Shown here: one piece after another, positions 13,401 to 26,000 of the stretch | Layout of the letters: each line of letters starts with the position of its first letter | How positions within the stretch are numbered: the first letter of the stretch is position 1 | Assembly (NCBI GenBank): GCA_964016885.1 | Contig: OZ024742.1 | Location: 185,008,001 to 185,072,000, forward strand | DNA length: 64,000 nucleotides | From: Eledone cirrhosa | Taxonomy: Eukaryota | Direction: 5' to 3' | The notes under the pieces: generated by a model | What the model was told of the DNA's origin: nothing | Database searches by the model: none | The model's input: only the letters and a program-made list of their open reading frames with translations | Program-made: the position numbers and the translations under genes

Positions 13401-16400
13401 TGGGGTTAAGTTAAGTTGGGGTCAAGTTAAGTTGGGGTTAAGTTAAGTTGGGGTTAAGTTAAGTTGGGGTTAAGTTAAGTCGGGGTTAACTTAAGTTGGG
13501 TTTAAGTTAAGTTGGGGTTAAGTTAAGTTGGGGTTAAATTAAGTTGGGGTTATGATAAGTTGGGGTTAAGTTAAGTCGGGGTTAAGTTATGTCGGGGTTA
13601 AGTTAAGTTGGGGTTAAGTTAACTTGGTGTTAAGTTAAGTTGGGGTTCAGTTAAGTTGGGGTTGAGTTAAGTTGGGGGTCAAGTTAAGTTGGGGTTAAGC
13701 TAAGTTGGGGTTAAGTTAAGTTGGGGTTAAGTTAAGTTGGGGTTAATTTAAGTTTTGGTTAAGTTAAGTTGGGGCTGAGTTAAGTTGGGGTCAAGTTAAG
13801 TTGGGGTTGATTTAAGAAGGGGTTAAGTGAACTTGGGGTTAAGTTAACTTGGGGTTAAGTTAAGTTGGGGTTAAGTTAAGTTGGGGTTAAGTTAAGTTGG
13901 GGTTAAGATAAGTTGGGGTTAAGTTAAGTTGGGGTTGAGTTAAGTTGGGGTTGAGTTAATTTGGGGTTAAGTTAAGTTGGGGTTAACTTAAGTTGGGGTT
14001 CAGTTAAGTTGGCGTTCAGTTAAGTTGCGGTGAAGTTAAGTTGGGGTTAACTTAAGTCGGGGTTAAGTTAAGTTGGGGTTAATTTAAGTTGTGGTCAAGT
14101 TAAGTTGGGGTTAAGTTAAGTTGGGGTTATGTTAAGTTGGGGTTAAGTTAAGTTGGGGTTAAGTTAAGTCGGGGTTAAGTTAAGTTGGGGTTAAGTTAAG
14201 TTGCGGTTAAGTTGAGTTGGGGTCAAGTTAAGTTGGGGTTAAGTTAAGTTGGGGTTAAGTTAAGATGGGGTTAAGTTAAGTTGGGGTTAAGTTAAGTTGG
14301 GGTTAAGATAAGTTGGGGTTAAGTTAAGTTGGGGTTGAGTTAAGTTGGGGTTGAGTTAATTGGGGTTAAGTTAAGTTGGGGTTAACTTAAGTTGGGTTTA
14401 ATTTAAGTTGGGGTTAAGTTAAGTTGGGGTTAAATTAAGTTGGGGTTAAGATAAGTTGGGGTTAAGTTAAGTCGGGGTTAAGTTAAGTCGGGTTTAAGTT
14501 AAGTTGGGGTTAAGTTAACGTGCTGTTAAGTTAAGTTGGGGCTCAGTTAAGTTGGGGTTGAGTTAAGTTGGGGTCAAGTTAAGTTGGGACTAAGCTAAGT
14601 TGGGGTTAAGTTAAGTTGGGGTTAAGTTAAGTTGGCGCTAAGTTAAGTGAAGGTTAAGTTAAGTCGGGGTTAAGTTAAGTTGGGGTTAAGTTAAGTTGGG
14701 GTTAAGTTAAGTTGGGGTCAAGTTAAGTTGGGGTTAAGTTAAGTTGGGGTTAAGTTAAGTCGCGGTTAAGTTAAGTTGGGGTTAAGTTAAGATGGGGTTA
14801 AGTTAAGTTGGGGTTAAGTTAAGTTGGGGTTAAGATAAGTTGGGGTTCAGTTAAGTTGGGGTTGAGTTAAGTTGGGGTTGAGTTAATTGGGGGTAAGTTA
14901 AGTTGGGGTAAGTTAAGTTTGGGTTAAGTTGGGGTTAAGTTAAGTTAGGGTTAAGTTACGTTGGGGTTGAGTTAAGTTGGGGTTAATTTAAATTGGGGTT
15001 AAGTTAACTTTGTGGTTAAGTTAAGTTGGGGTTAAGTTAAGTTGAGGTTAATTTAAGTTGAGGTTAAGTTAAGTTGGGGTTAAGTTAAGTTGGGGTTAAA
15101 TTAAGCTGGGTTGAAGTTAAGTTGGGGTTAAGTTAAGTTGGGGTTAAGTTAAGTTGGGGTTAAGTTAAGTTGGGGTTAAGTTAAGTCGGGGTTAAGTTAA
15201 TTTGGGGTTCAGTTAAGTTGGGGTTAAGTTAAGTTGGGGCTTATTGAAGTTGGGGTTAAGTTAAGTTGTGGTTAAGTTAAGTTGGGGTTAAGTTAAGTCG
15301 GGGTTAAGTTAAGTCGGGGTTAAGTTAAGTTGTGGTTAAGTTAAGTTGGGGTTAAGTTAAGTTGGGGTTGAGTTAAGTTAGGGATAAGCTAAGTTGGCTT
15401 TAAGTTAAGTTGGGGTTAAGTTAAGTTGGGGTTAAGTTAAGTTGTGGTTAAGTTAAGTTGGGGCTGAGTTAAGTTGGGGTCAAGTTAAGTTGGGGTTGAG
15501 TTAAGTTGGGGTTAAGTTAACTTGGGGTTAATTTAAGTTGGGGTTAAGTCAAATTGGGTTTGAGTTAAGTTAGGGTTAAGTTAAGTTGGGGTTAAGTTAA
15601 GTTGGGGTTAAGTTAAGTTGGGGTTAAGTTAAGTTGGGGTTAAATTAAGCTGGGTTTAAGTTAAGTTGGGGTTAAGTTAAGTTGGGGTTAAGTTAAGGTG
15701 GGGTTAAGTTAAGTTGAGGTTAAGTTAAGTTGGGGTTAAATTCAGTTGGGGTTAAGTTAAGTTGGGGTTAAGTTAAGTTGGGGATAAGTTAAGTTGAGTT
15801 TAAGTTAAGTTGGAGTTAATTTAAGTTGAGGTTAAGTTAAGTTGTGGTTAAGTTAAGTTGTGGTTAAGTTAAGTTGGGGTTAAGTTAAGTTGGGGTTCAG
15901 TTAAGTTGGGGTTACGTTAAGTAGGGGTTAAGTTGGGGTTAAATTAAGTTGGGGTTAAGTTAAGTTGGGGTTAAGTTAAGTTGGGGTTAAGTTAAGTTGG
16001 GGTTAAGTTAAGTTGGGGTTAAGTTAAGTTGGGGTTGAGTTAAGTTGGGGTTAAGTTAAGTCGGGGTTAAGTTAAGTTGGGGTTAAGTTAAGTTGGGGTT
16101 AAGTTAAGATGGGGTTAAGTTAAGTTGGGGTTGAGTTAAGTTGGGGTTAAGTTAAGTTGGGTTTAAGTTAAGTTGGGGTTAAGTTAAGTTGGGGTTAAGT
16201 TAAGGTGGGGTTAAGTTAAGTTGGGGTTAAGTTAAGTCGGGGTTAAGTTAAGTTGGGGTTAAGTTAAGTTGGGGTTAAGTTAAGTTGGGGTTAAGATAAG
16301 TTGGGGTTAAGTTAAGTTGGGGTTGAGTTAAGTTGGGGTTAAGTTAAGTTGGCGTTCAGTTAAGTTGCGGTTAAGTTAAGATGGTGTTAACTTAAGTCGG

Positions 16401-16494
16401 GGTTAAGTTAAGTTGGGGTTAAGTTAAGTTGGGGTCAAGTTAAGTTGGGGTTAAGTTAAGTTGGGGTTAAGTTAAGTTGGGGTTAAGTTAAGTC
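10469..16494 (+). repeat. Apparently exact tandem duplication, 2 x 3,013 bp (10469-13481, 13482-16494)
   Basis: Constant offset of 3,013 for aagaagggg (10801/13814), gttaacgtgctg (11501/14514) and gatggtg (13367/16380). Flanking mismatches are T10468/C13481 and C13490/G16503. Confidence 0.93.
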
Positions 16495-16668
16495 GGGGTT
16501 AAGTTAAGTTGGGGTTAAGTTAAGTTGGGGTTAAGTTAAGTTGGGGTCAAGTTAAGTTGGGGTTAAGTTAAGTTGGGGTTAAGTTAAGTTGGGGTTAAGT
16601 TAAGTCGCGGTTAAGTTAAGTTGGGGTTAAGTTAAGATGGGGTTAAGTTAAGTTGTGGTTAAGTTAAG

Positions 16669-16803
16669 TTGGGGTTAAGATAAGTTGGGGTTAAGTTAAG
16701 TTGCGGTTGAGTTAAGTTGGGGTTGAGTTAATTGGGGTTAAGATAAGTTGGGGTTAAGTTAAGTTGCGGTTGAGTTAAGTTGGGGTTGAGTTAATTGGGG
16801 TTA
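16669..16803 (+). repeat. 63-bp tandem duplication (4 monomers, one of 15 bp)
   Basis: agataag...gcggttgag...gagttaattgggg occurs twice (variant A at 16680 and 16743). It is also present in the right macro-copy (62149/62212). Confidence 0.85.
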
Positions 16804-18659
16804 AGTTAAGTTGGGGTTAACTTAAGTTGGGTTTAAGTTAAGTTGGGGTTAAGTTAAGTTGGGGTTAAATTAAGTTGGGGTTATGATAAGTTGGGGTTAA
16901 GTTAAGTCGGGGTTAAGTTATGTCGGGGTTAAGTTAAGTTGGTGTTAATTTAACTTGGTGTTAAGTTAAGTTGGGGTTCAGTTAAGTTGGGGTTGAGTTA
17001 AGTTGGGGGTCAAGTTAAGTTGGGGTTAAGCTAAGTTGGGGTTAAGTTAAGTTGGCGTTAAGTTAAGTTGGGGTTAATTTAAGTTTTGGTTAAGTTAAGT
17101 TGGGACTGAGTTAGGTTGGGGTCAAGTTAAGTTGGGGTTGAGTTAAGTTGGGGTTGAGTTAATTTGGGGTTAAGTTAAGTTGGGGTTAACTTAAGTTGGG
17201 GTTCAGTTAAGTTGGCGTTCAGTTAAGTTGCGGTGAAGTTAAGTTGGGGTTAACTTAAGTCGGGGTTAAGTTAAGTTGGGGTTAATTTAAGTTGGGGTCA
17301 AGTTAAGTTGGGGTTAAGTTAAGTTGGGGTTAAGTTAAGTTGGGGTTAAGTTAAGTTGCGGTTAAGTTAAGTTGGGGTCAAGTTAAGTTGGGGTTAAGTT
17401 AAGTTGGGGTTAAGTTAAGTCGCGGTTAAGTTAAGTTGGGGTTAAGTTAAGATGGGGTTAAGTTAAGTTGGGGTTAAGTTAAGTTGGGGTTAAGATAAGT
17501 TGGGGTTAAGTTAAGTTGGGGTTGAGTTAAGTTGGGGTTGAGTTAATTGGGGTTAAGTTAAGTTGGGGTTAACTTAAGTTGGGTTTAAGTTAAGTTGGGG
17601 TTAAGTTAAGTTGGGGTTAAATTAAGTTGGGGTTAAGATAAGTTGGGGTTAAGTTAAGTCGGGGTTAAGTTAAGTCGGGGTTAAGTTAAGTTGGGGTTAA
17701 GTTAACTTGCTGTTAAGTTAAGTTGGGGCTCAGTTAAGTTGGGGTTGAGTTAAGTTGGGGTCAAGTTAAGTTGGGACTAAGCTAAGTTGGGGTTAAGTTA
17801 AGTTGCGGTTAACTTAAGTTGGCGCTAAGTTAAGTGAAGGTTAAGTTAAGTTGGGGTTGAGTTAAGTTGGGGTTAAGTTAAGTTGGGGTTGAGTTAAGTT
17901 GGGGTTGAGTTAAGTTGGGGTTGAGTTAAGTTGGGGTTACGTTAAGTTGGGGTTAAGTTAAGTTGGGGTTAAGTTAAGTTTAGGTTAACTTAAGTTGGGG
18001 TTAAGTTAAGTTGGGGTTAAGTTAAGTTGGGGCTAAGTTAAGTTGGGGCTAATTTAAGTTGGGGCTAAGTTAAGTTGGGGTTAAGTTAAGGTGGGGTTTA
18101 GTTAAGTTGGGGTTGAGTTAAGTTGGGGTTGAGTTAAGTTGGGGTTAAGTTAAGTTGGGGTTAAGTTAAGTTAGGGTTAACTTAAGTTGGGGTTAATTTA
18201 AGTTGGGGTTGAGTTAAGTTGGGGTTTAATTAAGTTGGGGTTGAGTTAAGTTGGGGTTGAGTTAAGTTGGGCTTGAGTTAAGTTGGGGTTGAGTTAAGTT
18301 GGGCTTATCTTAAGTTGGGGTTAATTTAAGATGGGGTTAAGTTAAGTTGGGGTTAAGTTAATTTGGGGTTAAGTTAAGTTGGGGTTAAGTTAAGTTGGGG
18401 TTATGTTAAGTTGGGGTTAAGTTAAGTTGAGGTTAACTTAAGTTGGGGTTAAGTTAAGTTGGGGTTAAGTTAAGTTGGGGCTTAGTTAAGTTGGGGCTAA
18501 GTTAAGTTGGGGTTAAGTTAAGTTGGGGTTAAATTAAGTTGGGGTTAAGTTAAGTTGGGGTTAAGATAAGTTGGGGTTAAGTTAAGTTGGGGTTGAGTTA
18601 AGTTGGGGTTGAGTTAATTTGGGGTTAAGTTAAGTTGGGGTTAACTTAAGTTGGGGTTC

Positions 18660-19785
18660 AGTTAAGTTGGCGTTCAGTTAAGTTGCGGTGAAGTTAAGTT
18701 GGGGTTAACTTAAGTCGGGGTTAAGTTAAGTTGGGGTTAAGTTAAGTTGGGGTGAAGTTAAGTTGGGGTTAAGTTAAGTTGGGGTTATGTTAAGTTGGCG
18801 TTCAGTTAAGTTGCGGTGAAGTTAAGTTGGGGTTAACTTAAGTCGGGGTTAAGTTAAGTTGGGGTTAAGTTAAGTTGGGGTCAAGTTAAGTTGGGGTTAA
18901 GTTAAGTTGGGGTTATGTTAAGTTGGGGTTAAGTTAAGTTGGGGTTAAGTTAAGTCGGGGTTAAGTTAAGTTGGGGTTAAGTTAATTGGGGGTAAGTTAA
19001 GTTTGGGTTAAGTTGGGGTTAAGTTAAGTTAGGGTTAAGTTACGTTGGGGTTGAGTTAAGTTGGGGTTAATTTAAATTGGGGTTAAGTTAACTTTGTGGT
19101 TAAGTTAAGTTGGGGTTAAGTTAAGTTGAGGTTAAGTTAATTTGAGGTTAAGTTAAGTTGGGGTTAAGTTAAGTTGGGGTTAAATTAAGCTGGGTTGAAG
19201 TTAAGTTGGGGTTAAGTTAAGTTGGGGTTAAGTTAAGTTGGGGTCAAGTTAAGTTGGGGTTAAGTTAAGTTAGGGTTAAGTTAAGCTTGGGTTAAATTAA
19301 GTTGGGGTTGAGTTAATTTGGGGTTGAGTTAAGTTGGGGTTGAGTTAAGTTGGGGTTGAGTTAAGTTGGGGTTAAGTTAAGTTGGGGTTAACTTAAGTTG
19401 GGGTTAAGTTAAGTTGGGGTCAATTTAAGTTGAGGTTAAGTTAACTTGGGATTAAGTTAAGTTGGGGTTAACTTAAATTGAGGTTAAGTTAAGTTGGGGT
19501 TAAGTTAAGTTGGGGGTAAGTTAAGTTGGGGGTAAGTTAAGTTTGGGTTAAGTTGGGGTTAAGTTAAGTTAGGGTTAAGTTACGTTGGGGTTGAGTTAAA
19601 TTGGGGTTAATTTAAATTGGGGTTAAGTTAACTTTGTGGTTAAGTTAAGTTGGGGTTAAGTTAAGTTGAGGTTAAGTTAATTTGAGGTTAAGTTAAGTTG
19701 GGGTTAAGTTAAGTTGGGGTTAAATTAAGCTGGGTTGAAGTTAAGTTGGGGTTAAGTTAAGTTGGGGTTAAGTTAAGTTGGGGTT
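18660..19785 (+). repeat. Cluster of short duplications (offsets 128 bp and 540 bp)
   Basis: ggcgttcag...gcggtgaag...ttatg at 18671 and 18799 (offset 128). About 18987-19240 is repeated at +540; lines 19081/19621 and 19141/19681 are identical. Confidence 0.8.
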
Positions 19786-20029
19786 GAGTTAAGTTGGGGT
19801 TAAGTTAAGTTGGGTTTAAGTTAAGTTGGGGTTAAGTTAAGTTGGGGTTAAGTTAAGGTGGGGTTAAGTTAAGTTGGGGTTAAGTTAAGTCGGGGTTAAG
19901 TTAAGTTGGGGTTAAGTTAAGTTGGGGTTAAATTAAGTTGGGGTTAAGTTAAGTTGGGGTTAAGATAAGTTGGGGTTAAGTTAAGTTGGGGTTGAGTTAA
20001 GTTGGGGTTGAGTTAATTTGGGGTTAAGT

Positions 20030-23000
20030 TAAGTTGGGGTTAACTTAAGTTGGGGTTAAGTTAAGTTGGCGTTCAGTTAAGTTGCGGTTAAGTTAAGTTG
20101 GGGTTAACTTAAGTCGGGGTTAAGTTAAGTTGGGGTTAAGTTAAGTTGGGGTCAGGTTAAGTTGGGGTTAAGTTAAGTTGGGGTTAAGTTAAGTTGGGGT
20201 TAAATTAAGTCGGGGTTAAGTTAAGTTGGGGTTAAGTTAAGTTGGGGTTAAGTTAAGTTGGGGTCAAGTTAAGTTGGGGTTAAGTTAAGTTGGGGTTAAG
20301 TTAAGTTGGGGTTAAGTTAAGTCGCGGTTAGTTAAGTTGGGGTTAAGTTAAGATGGGGTTAAGTTAAGTTGTGGTTAAGTTAAGTTGGGGTTAAGATAAG
20401 TTGGGGTTAACTTAAGTTGCGGTTGAGTTAAGTTAGGGTTGAGTTAATTGGGGTTAAGTTAAGTTGGGGCTAAGTTAAGTTGGGGCTAAGTTAAGTTGGG
20501 GCTAAGTTAAGTTGGGGTTAAGTTAAGGTGGGGTTTAGTTAAGTTGGGGTTGAGTTAAGTTGGGGTTGAGTTAAGTTGGGGTTAAGTTAAGTTGGGGTTA
20601 AGTTAAGTTAGGGTTAACTTAAGTTGGGGTTAAGTTAAGTTTAGGTTAACTTAAGTTGGGGTTAAGTTAAGTTGGGGTTAAGTTAAGTTGGGGCTAAGTT
20701 AAGTTGGGGCTAAGTTAAGTTGGGGCTAAGTTAAGTTGGGGTTAAGTTAAGGTGGGGTTTAGTTAAGTTGGGGTTGAGTTAAGTTGGGGTTGAGTTAAGT
20801 TAGGGTTAAGTTAAGTTGGGGTTAAGTTAAGTTAGGGTTAACTTAAGTTGGGGTTAAGTTAAGTTGGGGTTGAGTTAAGTTGGGGTTTAATTAAGTTGGG
20901 GTTGAGTTAAGTTGGGGTTGAGTTAAGTTGGGCTTGAGTTAAGTTGGGGTTGAGTTAAGTTGGGCTTATCTTAAGTTGGGGTTAATTTAAGATGGGGTTA
21001 AGTTAAGTTGGGGTTAAGTTAATTTGGGGTTAAGTTAAGTTGGGGTTAAGTTAAGTTGGGGTTATGTTAAGTTGGGGTTAAGTTAAGTTGAGGTTAACTT
21101 AAGTTGGGGTTAAGTTAAGTTGGGGTTAAGTTAAGTTGGGGCTAAGTTAAGTTGGGGCTAAGTTAAGTTGGGGTTAAGTTAAGTTGGGGTTAAGTTAAGT
21201 TGGGGTCAACTTAAGTTGGGGCTAAGTTAAGTTGGGGTTAAGTTAAGTTGGGGCTAAGTTAAGTTGGAGTTAAGTTAAGTTGGGGTTAAATTAAGTTGGG
21301 GTCAACGTAAGTTGGGGTTAAGTTAAGTTGGGGTTAAGTTAATTTGGGGGTAAGTTAAGTTGGGGTTAAGTTAAGTTGGGGTTAAGTTAAGTTGGGGTTA
21401 AGTTAAGTTGGGGCTGAGTTAAATTGGGGCTGTGTTAAGTTGGGGTTAAGTTAAGTTGGGGTTAAGTTAAGTTGGGGTTAAGTTAAGTTGGGGTTAAGTT
21501 GGGGTTAAATTAAGTTGGGGTTAATTTAAGTTGGGGTTAAGTTAAGTTGGGTTTAGGTTAAGTTGGGGTTGAGTTAAGTTGGGGTTAAGTTAAGTTGGGG
21601 TTAATTTAAGTTGGGGTTAAGTTAAGTTGGGGCTGAGTTAAGTTGGGGTTAAGTTAAGTTGGGGTTGAGTTAAGTTGGGGTTAAGTTAAGTTGGGGTTAA
21701 GTTAAGTCGGGGTTAAGTTAAGTTGGGGTTAAGTTAAGTTGGGGTTAAGTTAAGTTGGGGTTAAGATAAGTTGGGGTTAAGTTAAGTTGGGGTTGAGTTA
21801 AGTTGGGGTTGAGTTAAGTTGGGGTTAAGTTAAGTTGGGGTTAATTTAAGTTGGGGTTAAGTTAAGTTGGGGCTGAGTTAAGTTGGGGTTAAGTTAAGTT
21901 GGGGTTGAGTTAAGTTGGGGTTAAGTTAAGTTGGGGTTAAGTTAAGTCGGGGTTAAGTTAAGTTGGGGTTAAGTTAAGTTGGGGTTAAGTTGGGGTTAAG
22001 TTAAGTTGGGGTTAACTTAAGTCGGGGTTAAGTTAAGTTGGGGTTAAGTTAAGTTGGGGTCAAGTTAAGTTGGGGTTAAGTTGGGGTTATGTTAAGTTGG
22101 GGTTAAGTTAAGTTGGGGTTAAGTTAAGTCGGGGTTAAGTTAAGTTGGGGTTAAGTTAAGTTGGGGTTAAGTTAAGTTGGGGTCAAGTTAAGTTGGGGTT
22201 AAGTTAAGTTGGGGTTAAGTTAAGTCGCGGTTAAGTTAAGTTGGGGTTAAGTTAAGATGGGGTTAAGTTAAGTTGGGGTTAAGTTAAGTTGGGGTTAAGA
22301 TAAGTTGGGGTTAAGTTAAGTTGGGGTTGAGTTAAGTTGGGGTTGAGTTAATTGGGGTTAAGTTAAGTTGGGGTTAACTTAAGTTGGGTTTAAGTTAAGT
22401 TGGGGTTAAGTTAAGTTGGGGTTAAATTAAGTTGGGGTTAAGATAAGTTGGGGTTAAGTTAAGTCGGGGTTAAGTTAAGTCGGGGTTAAGTTAAGTTGGG
22501 GTTAAGTTAACTTGGTGTTAAGTTAAGTTGGGGCTCAGTTAAGTTGGGGTTGAGTTAAGTTGGGGTCAATTTAAGTTGGGACTAAGCTAAGTTGGGGTTA
22601 AGTTAAGTTGGGGTTAAGTTAAGTTGGCGCTAAGTTTAGTGAAGGTTAAGTTAAGTTGGGGTTGAGTTAAGTTGGGGTTAAGTTAAGTTGGGGTTAAGTT
22701 AAGTTAGGGTTAAGTTAAGCTTGGGTTAAGTTAAGTTGGGGTTGAGTTAATTTGGGGTTGAGTTAAGTTGGGGTTGAGTTAAGTTGGGGTTGAGTTAAGT
22801 TGGGGTTAAGTTAAGTTGGGGTTAACTTAAGTTGGGGTTAAGTTAAGTTGGGGTCAATTTAAGTTGAGGTTAAGTTAACTTGGGATTAAGTTAAGTTGGG
22901 GTTAACTTAAATTGAGGTTAAGTTAAGTTGGGGTTAAGTTAAGTTGGGGGTAAGTTAAGTTGGGGGTAAGTTAAGTTTGGGTTAAGTTGGGGTTAAGTTA

Positions 23001-26000
23001 GGGTTAAGTTACGTTGGGGTTGAGTTAAGTTGGGGTTAATTTAAATTGGGGTTAAGTTAACTTTGTGGTTCAGTTAAGTTGGGGTTAAGTTAAGTTGGGG
23101 CTTATTTAAGTTGGGGTTAAGTTAAGTTGTGGTTAAGTTAAGTTGGGGTTAAGTTAAGTTGGGGTTAAGTTAAGTTGGGGTTAAGTTAAGTTGGGGTTAA
23201 ATTAAGCTGGGTTGAAGTTAAGTTGGGGTTAAGTTATGTTGGGGTTAAGTTAAGTTGGGGTTAAGTTAAGTTGGGGTTAAGTTAAGTCGGGGTTAAGTTA
23301 ATTTGGGGTTCAGTTAAGTTGGGGTTAAGTTAAGTTGGGGCTTATTTAAGTTGGGGTTAAGTTAAGTTGTGGTTAAGTTAAGTTGGGGTTAAGTTAAGTC
23401 GGGGTTAAGTTAAGTCGGGGTTAAGTTAAGTTGTGGTTAAGTTAAGTTGGGGTTAAGTTAAGTTGGGGTTAAGTTAAGTTAGGGATAAGCTAAGTTGGCG
23501 TTAAGTTAAGTTGGGGTTAAGTTAAGTTGGGGTTAAGTTAAGTTGTGGTTAAGTTAAGTTGGGGCTGAGTTAAGTTGGGGTCAAGTTAAGTTGGGGTTGA
23601 GTTAAGTTGGGGTTAAGTTAACTTGGGGTTAATTTAAGTTGGGGTTAAGTCAAATTGGGTTTGAGTTAAGTTAGGGTTAAGTTAAGTTGGGGTTAAGTTA
23701 AGTTGGGGTTAAGTTAAGTAGGGGTTAAGTTAAGTTGGGGTTAAATTAAGCTGGGTTTAAGTTAAGTTGGGGTTAAGTTAAGTTGGGGTTAAGTTAAGTT
23801 GGGGTTAAGTTAAGTTGAGGTTAAGTTAAGTTGGGGTTAAATTCAGTTGGGGTTAACTTAAGTTGGGGTTAAGTTAAGTTGGGGTTAAGTTAAGTTGAGT
23901 TTAAGTTAAGTTGGAGTTAATTTAAGTTGAGGTTAAGTTAAGTTGTGGTAAAGTTAAGTTGGGGTTAAGTTAAGTTGGGGTTAAGTTAAGTTGGGGTTCA
24001 GTTAAGTTGGGGTTAAGTTAAGTAGGGGTTCAGTTGGGGTTAAATTAAGTTGGGGTTAAGTTAAGTTGGGGTTAAGTTAAGTTGGGGTTAAGTTAAGTTG
24101 GGGTTAAGTTAAGTTGGGGTTAAGTTAAGTTGGGGTTAAATTAAGTTGGGGTTATGATAAGTTGGGGTTAAGTTAAGTCGGGGTTAAGTTATGTCGGGGT
24201 TAAGTTAAGTTGGGGTTAAGTTAACTTGGTGTTAAGTTAAGTTGGGGTTCAGTTAAGTTGGGGTTGAGTTAAGTTGGGGGTCAAGTTAAGTTGGGGTTAA
24301 GCTAAGTTGGGGTTAAGTTAAGTTGGGGTTAAGTTAAGTTGGGGTTAATTTAAGTTTTGGTTAAGTTAAGTTGGGGTTAACTTAAGTTGGGGTTAAGTTA
24401 AGTTGGCGTTCAGTTAAGTTGCGGTTAAGTTAAGTTGGGGTTAACTTAAGTCGGGGTTACGTTAAGTTGGGGTTGAGTTAAGTTGGGGTCAAGTTAAGTT
24501 GGGGTTAAGTTAAGTTGGGGTTGAGTTAAGTTGGGGTTAAGTTAAGTCGGGGTTAAGTTAAGTTGGGGTTAAGTTAAGTTGGGGTTAAGTTAAGTTGGGG
24601 TCAAGTTAAGTTGGGGTTAAGTTAAGTTGGGGTTAAGTTAAGTTGGGGTTAAGTTAAGTCGCGGTTAGTTAAGTTGGGGTTAAGTTAAGATGGGGTTAAG
24701 TTAAGTTGTGGTTAAGTTAAGTTGGGGTTAAGCTAAGTTGGGGTTAAGTTAAGTTGCGGTTGAGTTAAGTTAGGTTTGAGTTAATTGGGGTTAAGTTAAG
24801 TTGGGGCTAAGTTAAGTTGGGGCTAAGTTAAGTTGGGGCTAAGTTAAGTTGGGGTTAAGTTAAGGTGGGGTTTAGTTAAGTTGGGGTTGAGTTAAGTTGG
24901 GGTTGAGTTAAGTTGGGGTTAAGTTAAGTTGGGGTTAAGTTAAGTTAGGGTTAACTTAAGTTGGGGTTAAGTTAAGTTTAGGTTAACTTAAGTTGGGGTT
25001 AAGTTAAGTTGGGGTTAAGTTAAGTTGGGGCTAAGTTAAGTTGGGGCTAAGTTAAGTTGGGGCTAAGTTAAGTTGGGGTTAAGTTAAGGTGGGGTTTAGT
25101 TAAGTTGGGGTTGAGTTAAGTTGGGGTTGAGTTAAGTTAGGGTTAAGTTAAGTTGGGGTTAAGTTAAGTTAGGGTTAACTTAAGTTGGGGTTAAGTTAAG
25201 TTGGGGTTGAGTTAAGTTGTGGTTTAATTAAGTTGGGGTTGAGTTAAGTTGGGGTTGAGTTAAGTTGGGCTTGAGTTAAGTTGGGGTTGAGTTAAGTTGG
25301 GCTTATCTTAAGTTGGGGTTAATTTAAGATGGGGTTAAGTTAAGTTGGGGTTAAGTTAATTTGGGGTTAAGTTAAGTTGGGGTTAAGTTAAGTTGGGGTT
25401 ATGTTAAGTTGGGGTTAAGTTAAGTTGAGGTTAACTTAAGTTGGGGTTAAGTTAAGTTGGGGTTAAGTTAAGTTGGGGCTAAGTTAAGTTGGGGCTAAGT
25501 TAAGTTGGGGTTAAGTTAAGTTGGGGTTAAGTTAAGTTGGGGTCAACTTAAGTTGGGGCTAAGTTAAGTTGGGGTTAAGTTAAGTTGGGGCTAAGTTAAG
25601 TTGGAGTTAAGTTAAGTTGGGGTTAAATTAAGTTGGGGTCAACGTAAGTTGGGGTTAAGTTAAGTTGGGGTTAAGTTAATTTGGGGGTAAGTTAAGTTGG
25701 GGTTAAGTTAAGTTGGGGTTAAGTTAAGTTGGGGTTAAGTTAAGTTGGGGCTGAGTTAAATTGGGGCTGTGTTAAGTTGGGGTTAAGTTAAGTTGGGGTT
25801 AAGTTAAGTCGGGGTTAAGTTAAGTTGGGGTTAAGTTGGGGTTAAATTAAGTTGGGGTTAATTTAAGTTGGGGTTAAGTTAAGTTGGGTTTAGGTTAAGT
25901 TGGGGTTGAGTTAAGTTGGGGTTAAGTTAAGTTGGGGTTAATTTAAGTTGGGGTTAAGTTAAGTTGGGGCTGAGTTAAGTTGGGGTTAAGTTAAGTTGGG

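Larger units (their letters stand above)
725..18531 (+). repeat. Macro-duplication, left copy (matches 49175-64000)
   Basis: Rare variants recur at offset 48,450: 3331 gcgctaagttaattgaagg/51781, 6061 agttatgttaggttt/54511, 10801 aagaagggg/59251. The offset becomes 48,482 after a 32-bp indel (11501 gttaacgtgctg/59983) and 45,469 after the 3,013-bp duplication (18481 cttag/63950). Confidence 0.93.
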
